A program made the position numbers and the translations under genes. The notes beneath the pieces are model-generated. The model had not been told where the DNA came from and searched no databases. It worked only from the letters and a program-made list of their open reading frames with translations. A stretch of DNA of 64,000 bases, taken from positions 1 through 64,000 of the forward strand of contig CAZJVP010000018.1 in NCBI GenBank assembly GCA_964549615.1, read 5' to 3'. This stretch comes from an uncultured Thermococci archaeon (GTDB lineage Archaea; CAYQAE01; CAYVLA01). Shown here one piece after another: positions 1-9,727 of the stretch (position 1 is its first letter; each line of letters opens with the position of its first letter).

Positions 1-197
1 CGTCACTATTGGATGATGACGAAGGATCTTTGAGAGGACATAGGACGACAGCTCGGCCGCCGGGGTTGCATCTCCTTGCAAAGCATCCGACCGAGCCGGA
101 CATGATGGATCGAAGATCTACCATGCTCTGCCCTTGCGATCCGATCCGGGATAAGGGTTTTCAAGAGACATGAGGAGCTGTGTGGCGAGGTTTTTCC

Positions 198-341
198 TTG
201 GCCAAGAAGGGAGAAGTGTACAAGTGCAGCATCTGTGGAAACCTGGTTGAGGTCCTCCAAGGCGGCAAGGGCCAGCTTGTATGCTGCGGAAAGCCCATGG
301 AGCTTCTTGACGAAAAGCACGCTGGCGCGTACCGGACCTAA
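198..341 (+). CDS. Stand-alone desulforedoxin (Dx)-type Fe(Cys)4 protein, 47 aa (not in ORF track)
   Basis: Hand translation from TTG198: [47 protein letters not shown]. It has the YKCxxCGN...LVCCGxPM desulforedoxin signature. A GAGGT RBS lies at 187-191. Confidence 0.9.
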   Translation: MAKKGEVYKCSICGNLVEVLQGGKGQLVCCGKPMELLDEKHAGAYRT

Positions 342-431
342 CCGTAGACGAGTTCGGCCCGCAAGTCCTGCAACTGCTGCGCGGCTCGTTGCCAAAGCCG
401 CTTGGCACCGTGCTTGGCCGCGGGCACAACG

Positions 432-1106
432 CTAGATAAGTTTAGTGCCGCACTTGGCGCAGAAGGCATCGCCCGCCTTGACTTCGGCGCCGCAGCTGGG
501 ACACTTTGGCGCAGCCGCGGGTGCTGTAGGTGCCGCGGGTGCTGTAGGTGCCACTGGGGCGGCAGCGCTCACTTCCGCGGGGCTGAGGATCTTAGGCTGT
601 GCAAAGGGCCCTCCGCGGCCGCCCTTTGCTTGGTAGACGACCGTCTTGGCCATTCTGTCGAGGAACCTCTGTCTGGGGTCGCCTTCCATCACGAGGCCCA
701 GTATGAGATCCAAGAGGAAGATCAACCCATGAATGCGCGATACGTTCCGGATGAGCGCGTTGACGAAGAGCGGCTTGTTGCCATCCGCTCCCGCCACCCT
801 CATGCCCAAGAGGCTCTTGCCAATGCTTGCCCCCCACATGCTCTCGGTCACTGCGAAGTAGAGTATCCATATCACCCAGAACAGGAACCCGAGCGCCCCG
901 AAGCCGGCAAGCCTCCCCACATTGGCGAAGTAGCCCCAACGACCCGCGATTCCTTCGGTTAGGAACAAGCCGGCAAAGGCTATCGTCCACAGAATGGCAA
1001 ACACGATCATCAGGAGGATTCCATCGATGATGGCTGCCACGACCCTCCTGAACCAGTTCTCCTGCAACGTTGAGTCCTTGAAGACGACTTCAAATGGCGC
1101 GACCAC
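432..1106 (-). CDS. RDD-family membrane protein with Pro/Ala linker and C-terminal double zinc ribbon
   Basis: RRVVAAIID, GASIGKSLLGMRV and RQRFLDRMAKTVV RDD motifs; C-terminal CPSCG...FCAKCG. Start placed at GTG1106 after a GGAGAGG RBS (track ORF starts at 1190). Confidence 0.85.
   Translation of the reverse strand: MVAPFEVVFKDSTLQENWFRRVVAAIIDGILLMIVFAILWTIAFAGLFLTEGIAGRWGYFANVGRLAGFGALGFLFWVIWILYFAVTESMWGASIGKSLLGMRVAGADGNKPLFVNALIRNVSRIHGLIFLLDLILGLVMEGDPRQRFLDRMAKTVVYQAKGGRGGPFAQPKILSPAEVSAAAPVAPTAPAAPTAPAAAPKCPSCGAEVKAGDAFCAKCGTKLI
514..552. repeat. Perfect 18-bp in-frame tandem duplication (GCCGCGGGTGCTGTAGGT x2) in the RDD linker
   Basis: Units at 514-531 and 532-549 encode the APTAPA repeats. 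Confidence 0.9.
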
Positions 1107-1343
1107 GTAACCGCCCTCTCCGCGCAAGGATGCAGGCTGCCCTAAAAAAGATTGTGGCAGGCGAGGCGGGCCGGATCTGCGACTGGCCATCGTGCAGCGG
1201 TTGCTTGATACCGGACACGGCGGGACTCATTCTGCGTGGGGCGACCACGCTGGGATCGCGGTCGCCGTCTCTTCCCTACAGCGGTGTCGAGGAGGCGGAT
1301 CAACAGTTAAGAACAGGCTGAAGATACACGGCGGAAGCCCTGC

Positions 1344-3215
1344 GTGTCGGTGAAGATGCCAGACATGGAAGTTACGGTGACCTTTCAGCCTTTTGGAAAG
1401 AGGGCAATTATACAGAGAGGCAAGACGCTTCTAGATGCCGCTCGGCTTTGCGGGGTATTCATACCGTCGATCTGCGGGGGCCGGGGAAGATGTGGGAAGT
1501 GTAGGGTGAGGGTGCTCGATGGCAACGCCGTCGAGCCTCCCACCCAGGCTGAGGCGGACCTCCTCGGCAGGCAAGCGGCTGACCAAGGCACGCGGCTTGC
1601 CTGCATGACGATTCCGCGCAAGGACCTCATCGTGGAGATACCCGAGGAGAGCAGGGAGGCAGCCCCGGACATACTCGTGGAGGGGGTTGGCTACGAGATC
1701 GCCGTGGACCCGATCGTTACGAAGCACTACCTGGTACTTCGACCCCCAACCTTGGACGACCCGATGGCCGACCTTGAGAGGGTTCGGCACGGCCTATCCG
1801 AGAAGGGCTTGGACGTACAGGAGGAGGCATGGTCGTGCCTTCAGCAAGGGCCGGATGAGCTGAGGAAGGCAGGCTGGAAGGTCACTGCATCCGTGTGGCG
1901 GTCCAGGAGGCTGTTCCGGATTCAGCGAGGCGACACCACCCGCCAGGCTCTCGGCGCAGCGGTGGACGTTGGAACGACCACGATCGTCTGCTACCTAGTC
2001 GACTTGGCCACCGGGAAAACCTTGGCATCCGACTCCGCTCTCAACCCGCAGATTCCCTACGGCGAGGACGTGGTCAGCCGGCTGGCCTTCGCCAGATTGA
2101 GCAAGGAAAACCGCGCCAAGCTCCACTCCGCGGTCGTCGGCTGCATCTCGGGCCTGATCTCCAACTGCTGCAAGGAGTCCGGCCGGAGCGTGGAGGACGT
2201 ATTGGACGTCTGCATTGTGGGCAACACGGTGATGCACCACTTGGCTCTTGATCTTCCGACAACGTACCTGGGCGTGTCCCCTTTCTCGCCGGTCGTGCGA
2301 AAGGGGTTGGATCTGGTCGCTGGACAGATCGGGCTAAGGCTTAACCCTGACACCCCCGTCCATGCCTTGCCGTGTCTTGCCGGGTACGTGGGGGCCGATA
2401 CGTGCGGGGTGATCCTCGCCTCAAGGATATACGAGGCGGAGGAGACATCGATGGCCATAGATATCGGGACGAACGGCGAGATCGTGCTTGGTGACTCCCG
2501 GGGGCTCACCGTGTGCTCGTGTGCCGCGGGTCCGGCCCTGGAAGGGGCCCACATCAGGTTCGGGATGAGGGCTGCGCAGGGAGCGATCCAGAGGGTGAAG
2601 ATCGAGGGGGGCGAGGTCAGGGTCAAGACGATAGGGGATAAGCCCCCCGTCGGGATCGCCGGCGCCGGCATCATAGACTCCGTAGCGGCAATGCTTGCCG
2701 CAGGGGCGATCGGCTGGGACGGGCGGTTCAAAACACACCCAAGGGTGCGGAAGAGGGGTGGCATGAAAGAGTTCGTTCTCGTCAAGGCTTCCGAAACTGG
2801 TATCGGCAGCGACATAGTGATGACGCAGCGGGACATCAGGGAGGTCCAACTTGCAAAGGCAGCCATCTACACCGGGGCAACCACGCTCATGGATCTATCC
2901 GGGACGAAACCCGAGGACATTTCCACGCTCTACATCGCCGGCGCGTTCGGGAATTTCATAGACTTCGAAAGCGCCAAGAGGATCGGCCTAATTCCGGATG
3001 TGCCGTTGGACCGTCTCAGGTTCATCGGCAACGGGGCCGCGGCGGGGGCGAAGCTTGCCCTGCTTTCCCAGTCTTTGAGGGAGGTCTCCGAGCACATCGC
3101 CGAGAAGATCAGGTATGTCGAGCTGACGTGTTCTCCAAATTTCACGTCCAACTACATGGATGCGACCTACCTTCCCCACAAGGATATCGGTCGGTTTCGC
3201 TCGAAGGCCAACTAG
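1344..3215 (+). CDS. RACo/RamA-type ATP-dependent reductive activator of corrinoid proteins (N-terminal [2Fe-2S] + ASKHA/DUF4445)
   Basis: CGGRGRCGKC...RLAC 2Fe-2S domain; DVGTTT, YGEDVVSR, DIGTNGE, AAGPALEG, QLAKAAI, AGAFG and GNGAAAGA motifs. Confidence 0.92.
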   Translation: MSVKMPDMEVTVTFQPFGKRAIIQRGKTLLDAARLCGVFIPSICGGRGRCGKCRVRVLDGNAVEPPTQAEADLLGRQAADQGTRLACMTIPRKDLIVEIPEESREAAPDILVEGVGYEIAVDPIVTKHYLVLRPPTLDDPMADLERVRHGLSEKGLDVQEEAWSCLQQGPDELRKAGWKVTASVWRSRRLFRIQRGDTTRQALGAAVDVGTTTIVCYLVDLATGKTLASDSALNPQIPYGEDVVSRLAFARLSKENRAKLHSAVVGCISGLISNCCKESGRSVEDVLDVCIVGNTVMHHLALDLPTTYLGVSPFSPVVRKGLDLVAGQIGLRLNPDTPVHALPCLAGYVGADTCGVILASRIYEAEETSMAIDIGTNGEIVLGDSRGLTVCSCAAGPALEGAHIRFGMRAAQGAIQRVKIEGGEVRVKTIGDKPPVGIAGAGIIDSVAAMLAAGAIGWDGRFKTHPRVRKRGGMKEFVLVKASETGIGSDIVMTQRDIREVQLAKAAIYTGATTLMDLSGTKPEDISTLYIAGAFGNFIDFESAKRIGLIPDVPLDRLRFIGNGAAAGAKLALLSQSLREVSEHIAEKIRYVELTCSPNFTSNYMDATYLPHKDIGRFRSKAN

Positions 3216-4288
3216 CGGGCATATCTGCCCGATCTTTCCCCCTCCCTGAGCATGGCGAGGTAGTTATCGACCTTGACGTAGTTGGGTATGCTGTTTCCCG
3301 AGCCGAGGGCCCACCCCCCTCCCGGGAGGCAGGAGTTGGCCACCGATCTGACGTACCGGACGGTCGTTCCGATGTCCTTTCTCGCGAGGACATCCACATC
3401 GACGCCCCCGAGCAGCGCGATCCGTTCGCCCCACCTTCTCCTTGCCTCGGCGATCGGCATGATCGCATCCTCGAATGAGTGCTTCGCGTCTATCCCAACG
3501 TAGTCTATGAGGGATTCCATGACGTCGGTCAGGTTGCCGCAGGAGTGCAGTATGAAGGGGAGGTCCTGCGAATGTGCCGCCCTGCAGATCTTCCTGTGCC
3601 ACGGAAAGATGTACTTTCTCAGGTCTGCAGGCGGGATCATCGTTCCGGTCCTCAATCCCATGTCATCTCCAAGACACATCGCGCCAACTCCTTCTACCTG
3701 GGACGCTTGCGTGAAGGCTTCTACCAACGCCCGCCCGACCCTATCGATGATGGAGCGAACCAGTTTCCGGTCGGTGTAGAATGCCCTGATGAAGTGCTTC
3801 GCCCCCATCAGCCACATGGCGTTCTCTAGGACCCCGCCGCAGGCATGCGCCACGATCTTGGTCCCCTCGGGCAAGACCCGGGACAGTTTCTCGATGGGAG
3901 AGGCGTAGTCAGTTCCCTGCGAGGGAAACGGATACGATTCAAAGTCCTCCCAACATTCGATCGTCCCGTGCTGTTGATCCACCCACCGCCTCTGGGGCCT
4001 GGGAATCCAGGCGGTGTCCGATCCAGTGACGAAGTTGGTCCTGGGAAAGGGCCACCTTATCTCCATCGGGACGTAGTCATAGCCGAGCTTTCCATAGAAT
4101 CTGATCCGAAGGTCGATCATTGCGTCGAGCGTGTCGGCTGAAGCCGTGGCGCCGACGATCGCGCTCATGACCTCGACGTCCACGAGGTGCTCGTAGAAGG
4201 GCACTCTGTCAGGCTCGCCTTCCATGCGCAATACCGTTTCCAGCCTTTCGAAGTTCGGACTGAGGCGCAAGGTCACCGTGCGGGGCAT
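3212..4288 (-). CDS. Uroporphyrinogen decarboxylase / MtaA-CmuA-family (corrinoid methyltransferase-like) protein
   Basis: EPDRVP start, GDDMG, Zn-binding LHSCGN, LGGVDVD, GGGWALGSGNSIP. Confidence 0.82.
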   Translation of the reverse strand: MPRTVTLRLSPNFERLETVLRMEGEPDRVPFYEHLVDVEVMSAIVGATASADTLDAMIDLRIRFYGKLGYDYVPMEIRWPFPRTNFVTGSDTAWIPRPQRRWVDQQHGTIECWEDFESYPFPSQGTDYASPIEKLSRVLPEGTKIVAHACGGVLENAMWLMGAKHFIRAFYTDRKLVRSIIDRVGRALVEAFTQASQVEGVGAMCLGDDMGLRTGTMIPPADLRKYIFPWHRKICRAAHSQDLPFILHSCGNLTDVMESLIDYVGIDAKHSFEDAIMPIAEARRRWGERIALLGGVDVDVLARKDIGTTVRYVRSVANSCLPGGGWALGSGNSIPNYVKVDNYLAMLREGERSGRYAR

Positions 4289-4461
4289 TGGGGATGGGGT
4301 GAAATCTGTTTCCTAGTCCTCAACCCCTGATGCGTCGCAGCGGTATGAGCGTTAAGAGCTGCGCCAGGTCGGGCCTTGACCGTCACCGTTTTCCGGGAGG
4401 ATCGTCGTCCACGGATCCAGAACCCAAAAAAGGTTTAACCTGCGCCATCGATGAGCCTGCC

Positions 4462-5697
4462 ATGGCAGATTGCTCGCACGCTTGTGCTCTCGGTCTCATC
4501 TTGATGATCGCCACCACCGCGTGCCCGGCGGAGCCCCGCGACGCTAGGTTTGACCCCGCAACCGGAAGGGTCCGCCTCCTCTACATCGGCGATGCGATCG
4601 GCGTTCCGAATCCTTTCCCGATACTCAACAACGAGCCCCTGCTTTCTTGCAACGCCGTCTACGCCTGCACCGCCCACCAGCCCGTAGACGTGATCAAGAA
4701 GAGCATCCGGAGCTATATGCCGAGGACCTACGCGAGATTCGTCAACAACGACGTCGTGATCCTAAGCGATGCGAATAGGGACGGCTTCCGCGCCGACCAC
4801 TTCAGGTGGATGAAGGACGGGGTCATCGAGGAGGGCTTGGGCCTTGTGATGATAGGCGGTGCGGAAAGCTTCGCCCAGGAGGGTGGCTACCCGTCTTGGC
4901 AGCCCACGGAGGTCGCGGACGTGCTTCCATGCGATATGATCCCGACGCCACCCAGATTCTCAGGCGGCTGGATAAGGGTCACCGACTGGGACGACGAGTT
5001 CATCAAGAGCCTACCTTTCAAGACCCTGGGAAGCTACGGGGTTTTCTCTGGGAGCAACAACATACTTCCTAGGACAAACGCTAGGTGCATCGCCGATCTC
5101 GTCCACACCACGCTTGGAAGCGCGCCCTTTCTGATGTGGTGGGACCTTGGCAAGGGAAGGACCATGGCCCAATCGGCAGATTGGACCCCTGCGGGAGGGA
5201 ACGTCTTCATGCGATGGAGGTATTACGGGGATTATGCGATCAACATGGTGTTGTTCTTGGCTGGGCACAAGCTCCCCGACGACCTGGACCTTGTCTACCT
5301 CGTCAGGCGAAGGATGAGGGAGACGAACGATGCGCTCAGTTCTCTCCACAGCATGGTCGACATTGTAGAGAAGTTCGGCGGAAGCGCCACCCAGGTCACA
5401 AAGATGATCGCGGAGATCCAGAACGTCAAGGGCAGCGGCATCGGTCACTACGTCGGGGGCGAGCTTGACGAAGCTCTGGAGACCTTCGGCACCGCCTTGA
5501 AGATGTGTGACGACGCCATGCGGGCGGCGCTTAAGGCAAGGGACGCCGCGGCCTTCTGGATATTCGCCACCGAGTGGTGTGCCGTCGCGGGGACGTCGAT
5601 GCTTGCTGCATCCGTGCTTTGGCTTCTGATGATCAAGAGGCGGCTGTACAGAGAGGTAGCCCTGACGAGGCTTGGGCCGACCAAAGACCAACCCTAG
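4462..5697 (+). CDS. Exported, C-terminally membrane-anchored class I glutamine amidotransferase-like (DUF1355-like) protein
   Basis: Signal-like N-terminus; DVVILSD, GLGLVMIGGAESF, VADVLPC, WDLGKGRT; helical stalk; C-terminal TM followed by KRRLYREV. Start moved to ATG4462. Confidence 0.7.
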   Translation: MADCSHACALGLILMIATTACPAEPRDARFDPATGRVRLLYIGDAIGVPNPFPILNNEPLLSCNAVYACTAHQPVDVIKKSIRSYMPRTYARFVNNDVVILSDANRDGFRADHFRWMKDGVIEEGLGLVMIGGAESFAQEGGYPSWQPTEVADVLPCDMIPTPPRFSGGWIRVTDWDDEFIKSLPFKTLGSYGVFSGSNNILPRTNARCIADLVHTTLGSAPFLMWWDLGKGRTMAQSADWTPAGGNVFMRWRYYGDYAINMVLFLAGHKLPDDLDLVYLVRRRMRETNDALSSLHSMVDIVEKFGGSATQVTKMIAEIQNVKGSGIGHYVGGELDEALETFGTALKMCDDAMRAALKARDAAAFWIFATEWCAVAGTSMLAASVLWLLMIKRRLYREVALTRLGPTKDQP

Positions 5698-6683
5698 CTC
5701 AGGGGCCGCAACGGTTTCCCCCTGAAGGCCCAGTGCAGCAATCCTGCGACGAAGAGGAGCCCCACCGCCCACCCGGCCAGAAGCGTGGCTTGCTTTCTCA
5801 TCTGGCGGTCCTTCTTCACCTTCAGGGCATGGCTGCGTAACGCCTCGCGCCTTTCGGCATCCTGACGGACCATCTCGCCAATGCTCGAGCCATATCTGCG
5901 ATGCCTGGTGGCCCCCTGCATGGTCCAGTTCACCGCATCGGCAAGCAATGTTTGGAAGACGGGATCCTCAAGGAGATTGCCATAGTAGTTCTTCTCCGTC
6001 ACCTTGGACCGAACGAAACAACCAGTCAGGGAAACGGACCTGGATCCTTTGGGGCCCTCATAGGCGATGATCAGCGGGGCATTGGTCCTGCTCTCCCTGT
6101 AGAGAACGATCCTGGATCCCTCTGCAACCTCTGGATCGATGGCACTTCTTGAGGCGTTCGCACAGTACGGGAAGAACTGTCCGAGCAGGTCGAACTGGCC
6201 GGGCAGGTCCCCAAAGGCTTCGAGATATTGGTCCCTCACGTACTCGTTGACGGGGATGCCTGCCTTCAGCGAGCCTGAACCCGTCGCGTTCCCGAAGGCC
6301 GGAAACACATCTCTCGCTAGGGCGCCAACCTGCTGTTCAACGCAACATCCCTGGAAGCCCACAACCGCACCGCCCTGGCTGAAGTATGCCAGAAGTGGAT
6401 CCACGAGCGTCTTCACTTCATTGCCGGACATGACCGCAAGGACGACGCATCCGACCTCTGGCATCGAGATGAGTGCGGAAAGGTCCGACGGATCGTTGAG
6501 GAGCACGAGATCAGCCCACCCTCCGATGCGCCGCGACAAAATCTCGGCGACTCCCCGTCCGAGGCCGGGCATGTCATAGGAGTATACCAGGATCTTTGGT
6601 TTAGGCGTGACCGCGCATGCCACTTCGAGTGTCGCGGTTACCAGAACGATGGAGAAAATGCGCTTGTAATTCACGGCCGACAC
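5694..6683 (-). CDS. Exported membrane-anchored protein with GATase/flavodoxin-like domain
   Basis: Signal peptide, YFSQGGAVVGF, LLADAVNW, basic stalk and C-terminal TM. Confidence 0.65.
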   Translation of the reverse strand: MSAVNYKRIFSIVLVTATLEVACAVTPKPKILVYSYDMPGLGRGVAEILSRRIGGWADLVLLNDPSDLSALISMPEVGCVVLAVMSGNEVKTLVDPLLAYFSQGGAVVGFQGCCVEQQVGALARDVFPAFGNATGSGSLKAGIPVNEYVRDQYLEAFGDLPGQFDLLGQFFPYCANASRSAIDPEVAEGSRIVLYRESRTNAPLIIAYEGPKGSRSVSLTGCFVRSKVTEKNYYGNLLEDPVFQTLLADAVNWTMQGATRHRRYGSSIGEMVRQDAERREALRSHALKVKKDRQMRKQATLLAGWAVGLLFVAGLLHWAFRGKPLRPLS

Positions 6684-6685
6684 CT

Positions 6686-7516
6686 CTATCCTAAGGGGAT
6701 GGGGTTCACCACGAAGAGCGCTAGATCCCCATCCGCATAGCCCTTCGCAACCTGAAGGAGCACGAGGTTCCTGGCGCCCGGCACGATCTCCGGCAGCGAC
6801 TCAAGCCTCGAGAGTACCTCGTAGATGACCGAGACCTTGGAGTTTTTCCGCAGCGGGCCTTGCCTTACGATTCCGAACGGCGCCATCCTGACCTGTTCTC
6901 CCACGTACTCCGTCTTGTTCCCGGCCACCGCAATGGAGAGATACTCGACCACTTCATCTTGGGCAAGGAAGAAGCCCGTTCTTCCCTCGAAGAACCTCAC
7001 CTCCGTGCCCTTCTTCAGGACGCCGTACATGGAGATGTACCTTGACAGCGTCGCATCGTCGTCAAAGACGCCCATGAATCGGCTGAAATCGAAGAATAGC
7101 CCATCGTAAACGGTGCCGTTGATGGCGACCTGCTTTCGGAGGACCTCGTACTCCCCGCCGAGCGATGTCACCTCAGACTTCATCAACGTTATTGCGGGCA
7201 GGTGAAGCGCGACATCCTCAAGCGAGGAGGATTCCTCAGGCTGCCAGTCCACAGGATCGAATGGCGGCAGCCTTTCATACAGGACTGAGAAGCGAAGCTC
7301 CAGCTCGCTGAGGTCGCGGCCGGAAATTGCCGAGAGGGCGAAAGAGGTTTCGATCCCTTTTTGGGCGGATTCCTTGACGAAGACGTCCGGGTAGTCGTTC
7401 GTCAGGAGGGCAAGGTCATCCGGCTGTGGCAGGCGGAAGATGGTCAGCACGGCCAGCGTCGACACTACGAGCGATGTGATGACTATCGCGACGAGCCTGG
7501 GGTCCGACCTCGGCAA
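6686..7516 (-). CDS. Hypothetical protein with N-terminal membrane anchor
   Basis: 276-aa ORF with N-terminal TM, ending 2 nt before the next co-oriented gene. Confidence 0.65.
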   Translation of the reverse strand: MPRSDPRLVAIVITSLVVSTLAVLTIFRLPQPDDLALLTNDYPDVFVKESAQKGIETSFALSAISGRDLSELELRFSVLYERLPPFDPVDWQPEESSSLEDVALHLPAITLMKSEVTSLGGEYEVLRKQVAINGTVYDGLFFDFSRFMGVFDDDATLSRYISMYGVLKKGTEVRFFEGRTGFFLAQDEVVEYLSIAVAGNKTEYVGEQVRMAPFGIVRQGPLRKNSKVSVIYEVLSRLESLPEIVPGARNLVLLQVAKGYADGDLALFVVNPIPLG

Positions 7517-7639
7517 GCATTTGCCCGACCCGCCGATCCTTCCTTAAATCTTTAACCGATTCCCCTCCGTCAACCGCGCCCCGCGACTCACTTTCTGCCG
7601 GAACGCAGAAGACAGGTGTTCGCCTTGGGATGTGAGAGT

Positions 7640-8893
7640 TCACAGCAGTCCCAGTATGAAAGACCTGTAGCCGCTGAAGTAGATCAGGGTTGGAACCATC
7701 AGGACCCCCATGTTGTGGACCCTTCTAATGCCGAGTATGGGCGGAAGGAATCCGAGGAAGGTTGCCGTGAAAAGGACGAGCAGTCCCCTGGGCCCGCAGA
7801 TGATGAGGACCATGGCAGCCACCATCGCAACGACCCCTCTAGCTAACAGCACGTAGGGCAGTCGGCTTATGTTGTTTGCGAACAGTCCGCCCAATGAACG
7901 GGTGAGGAGCGCGCCGATTCCACCGCACATGAGGGTCACGCCGATCAGCAGAATCAGGAGATTGAAGTCGAGCCTGCCGCCGAGCAACTGCTGTATCGCT
8001 TTGACCGCCCCGTTCCGCGCCTTCCCTATGCTGTACAGGCACACTAGTCCGAAGATCATGTTCGCGGTGTTGACGCCGCTTGCGGCGACGATGAAGGACC
8101 TATGGTCGTTTTCCCCCGTGATCCTCTGGGCGAGGACGGTGGCCTGGGCGCATCCGACGGCCGGAAGGATGCCCACGATCATCCCCGCGAAGAACCCGGC
8201 AAACGTGGACTTGGCCAACGCGAGCCTGCCCAGCGCGGTGCTTGTGTCCATGTCTTGCCTCGGGATCTGGACTCCGCTCTCGGAGCTGAGGATCAGCGTG
8301 GACACGCCGAAGAGTCCGGAGAGCGCTGGGAAAAGGGCCTTGTCCGTAGCCATGAAGCCTGAGCTAGTGATGAGGATGCCTAGTGTTCCACTCAACAGGA
8401 TGACCAGCACGGCATAGACCATCTTCCACCCGGTTGGCTCCGCGGCTACGACGCTTGCCTCGATGCATAGAAGGAGGGGGAAGAGAACGCACGCGACGAT
8501 CGGGTAGAGTGCAGGTAGCAGGGCAATCATGGGAAGCGCCAGCGCGCACGCCAGTACCACCGCTCCTAGGCTTCCGATCACCGAAAGCCAGACGGCTTCG
8601 AATCCTCGCCCCTCCAGAAGCATTCTGTGCCCTGGCAACACGCTGAGCACGGCATCAGGGTCCGGCGCACCGAGAAATATGGCGGGGAGTATGTTTAGGA
8701 ACGTCTGCACAACGGCCATCGAGAGGATAACGACCGAGAAGAGGACCGGGTCCATCCTCGACCCCGCCGAGATGGCAAGGATCATCACGGATACCATGTT
8801 GACGTGGATGCCTGGAACGCAACCAGCCAGCACGCCGAGGCCTGCCCCGCAGAGCGCAAGCGGCAAGATCCTCAGAAAAAGGTCCACATACAT
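7640..8893 (-). CDS. Tripartite tricarboxylate transporter TctA-family (archaeal DUF112) permease
   Basis: GCVPGIHVN, PAIFLGAPD, VLPGHRMLLEGRG, GLFGVSTL; about 12 TM helices. Confidence 0.88.
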   Translation of the reverse strand: MYVDLFLRILPLALCGAGLGVLAGCVPGIHVNMVSVMILAISAGSRMDPVLFSVVILSMAVVQTFLNILPAIFLGAPDPDAVLSVLPGHRMLLEGRGFEAVWLSVIGSLGAVVLACALALPMIALLPALYPIVACVLFPLLLCIEASVVAAEPTGWKMVYAVLVILLSGTLGILITSSGFMATDKALFPALSGLFGVSTLILSSESGVQIPRQDMDTSTALGRLALAKSTFAGFFAGMIVGILPAVGCAQATVLAQRITGENDHRSFIVAASGVNTANMIFGLVCLYSIGKARNGAVKAIQQLLGGRLDFNLLILLIGVTLMCGGIGALLTRSLGGLFANNISRLPYVLLARGVVAMVAAMVLIICGPRGLLVLFTATFLGFLPPILGIRRVHNMGVLMVPTLIYFSGYRSFILGLL

Positions 8894-9007
8894 TCTGTCG
8901 TCGAAAGAATTCAGAAGGTTTGGGTTCAGGTTGCTGTAACGCTTGATGAAGAGTCCCTGCGCGAGTGCGGACAGGCCTCGGAAGCAGGGCGGACCTTGCG
9001 GAAGGGT

Positions 9008-9634
9008 CTAGGCCTGTTCCTCCTTCACCCTCAGCTCATGCACACAGAGGCCTTTCTCCGCGGCCCTCCCGCATACGCCTCTCGTACAGTAGATCCTATC
9101 ATCGTTCATGGCCTGTTGGGCGAATCCCGCCATCATCCCGGATATGAGTGCGTCCTGCGGACAGTACCCGATGGCGAAACTCATCCTCTTGCACGGGCAT
9201 CCTTCCGTTTCGAAGAGAGCGTAGAGCCTCGTGACCTTGCCGAGCGAAACCTTGTGGGAAAACAGCTCAAGCATCTTGCATACCTGTCCGACGCAGTCCT
9301 CCCAGCCCTTCGGCTCCTCGAGTTGCATCTTCTCCCCAAGTTCCACCCTCAGCTTGTGCCCCATGATCACGCCGAGCCTGTAGATCATTTTCTCCGAATT
9401 GAGCCTCCAGATGTCGTGGAGCGCGTCAAGAAGCGCTGCTTGGATGAAGAGCGGAAGCTTGTCGTCGATGCTGTCGAAAAGCGGTTTCTCGGCCTTCCGT
9501 TCGATCGGCTGCCTCTTGCGGATCCTCTCCACCAGCCAGCTGAGCCCATGGCCGGCGTCCGGGCCTTCCGACTTCTTGGTCAAGATGGTTACGAGCTGGG
9601 AAGGGGCAATAACAATCTTTTCGTGGGGCACCAA
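9008..9634 (-). CDS. V4R (4-vinyl reductase)-domain protein
   Basis: IYRLGVIMG, GCPC, YC...SGMMAGF and C-terminal C...C, typical of V4R. Confidence 0.65.
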   Translation of the reverse strand: MVPHEKIVIAPSQLVTILTKKSEGPDAGHGLSWLVERIRKRQPIERKAEKPLFDSIDDKLPLFIQAALLDALHDIWRLNSEKMIYRLGVIMGHKLRVELGEKMQLEEPKGWEDCVGQVCKMLELFSHKVSLGKVTRLYALFETEGCPCKRMSFAIGYCPQDALISGMMAGFAQQAMNDDRIYCTRGVCGRAAEKGLCVHELRVKEEQA

Positions 9635-9689
9635 TACCGGAATCCAGGTCGGCTTGCCAGTTGCGTTTCCCGGGGGTCGATGGCCGGCG

Positions 9690-9703
9690 GAAACCGATAA
9701 ATA
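9690..9703 (+). promoter_or_regulatory. Putative BRE/TATA promoter for tyrA
   Basis: GAAACC-GATAAATA about 25 nt upstream of ATG9728. Confidence 0.5.
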
Positions 9704-9727
9704 GATGCCTGAGGGTTGACGGGTGAG

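Noticed and set aside
1-33. Possible 3' end of an upstream gene (RHYWMMTKDL*)
   Set aside because: Too short to assign a frame or family.
8804-9700. 298-aa + strand ORF
   Set aside because: Antisense shadow of the V4R gene; no recognisable motifs.
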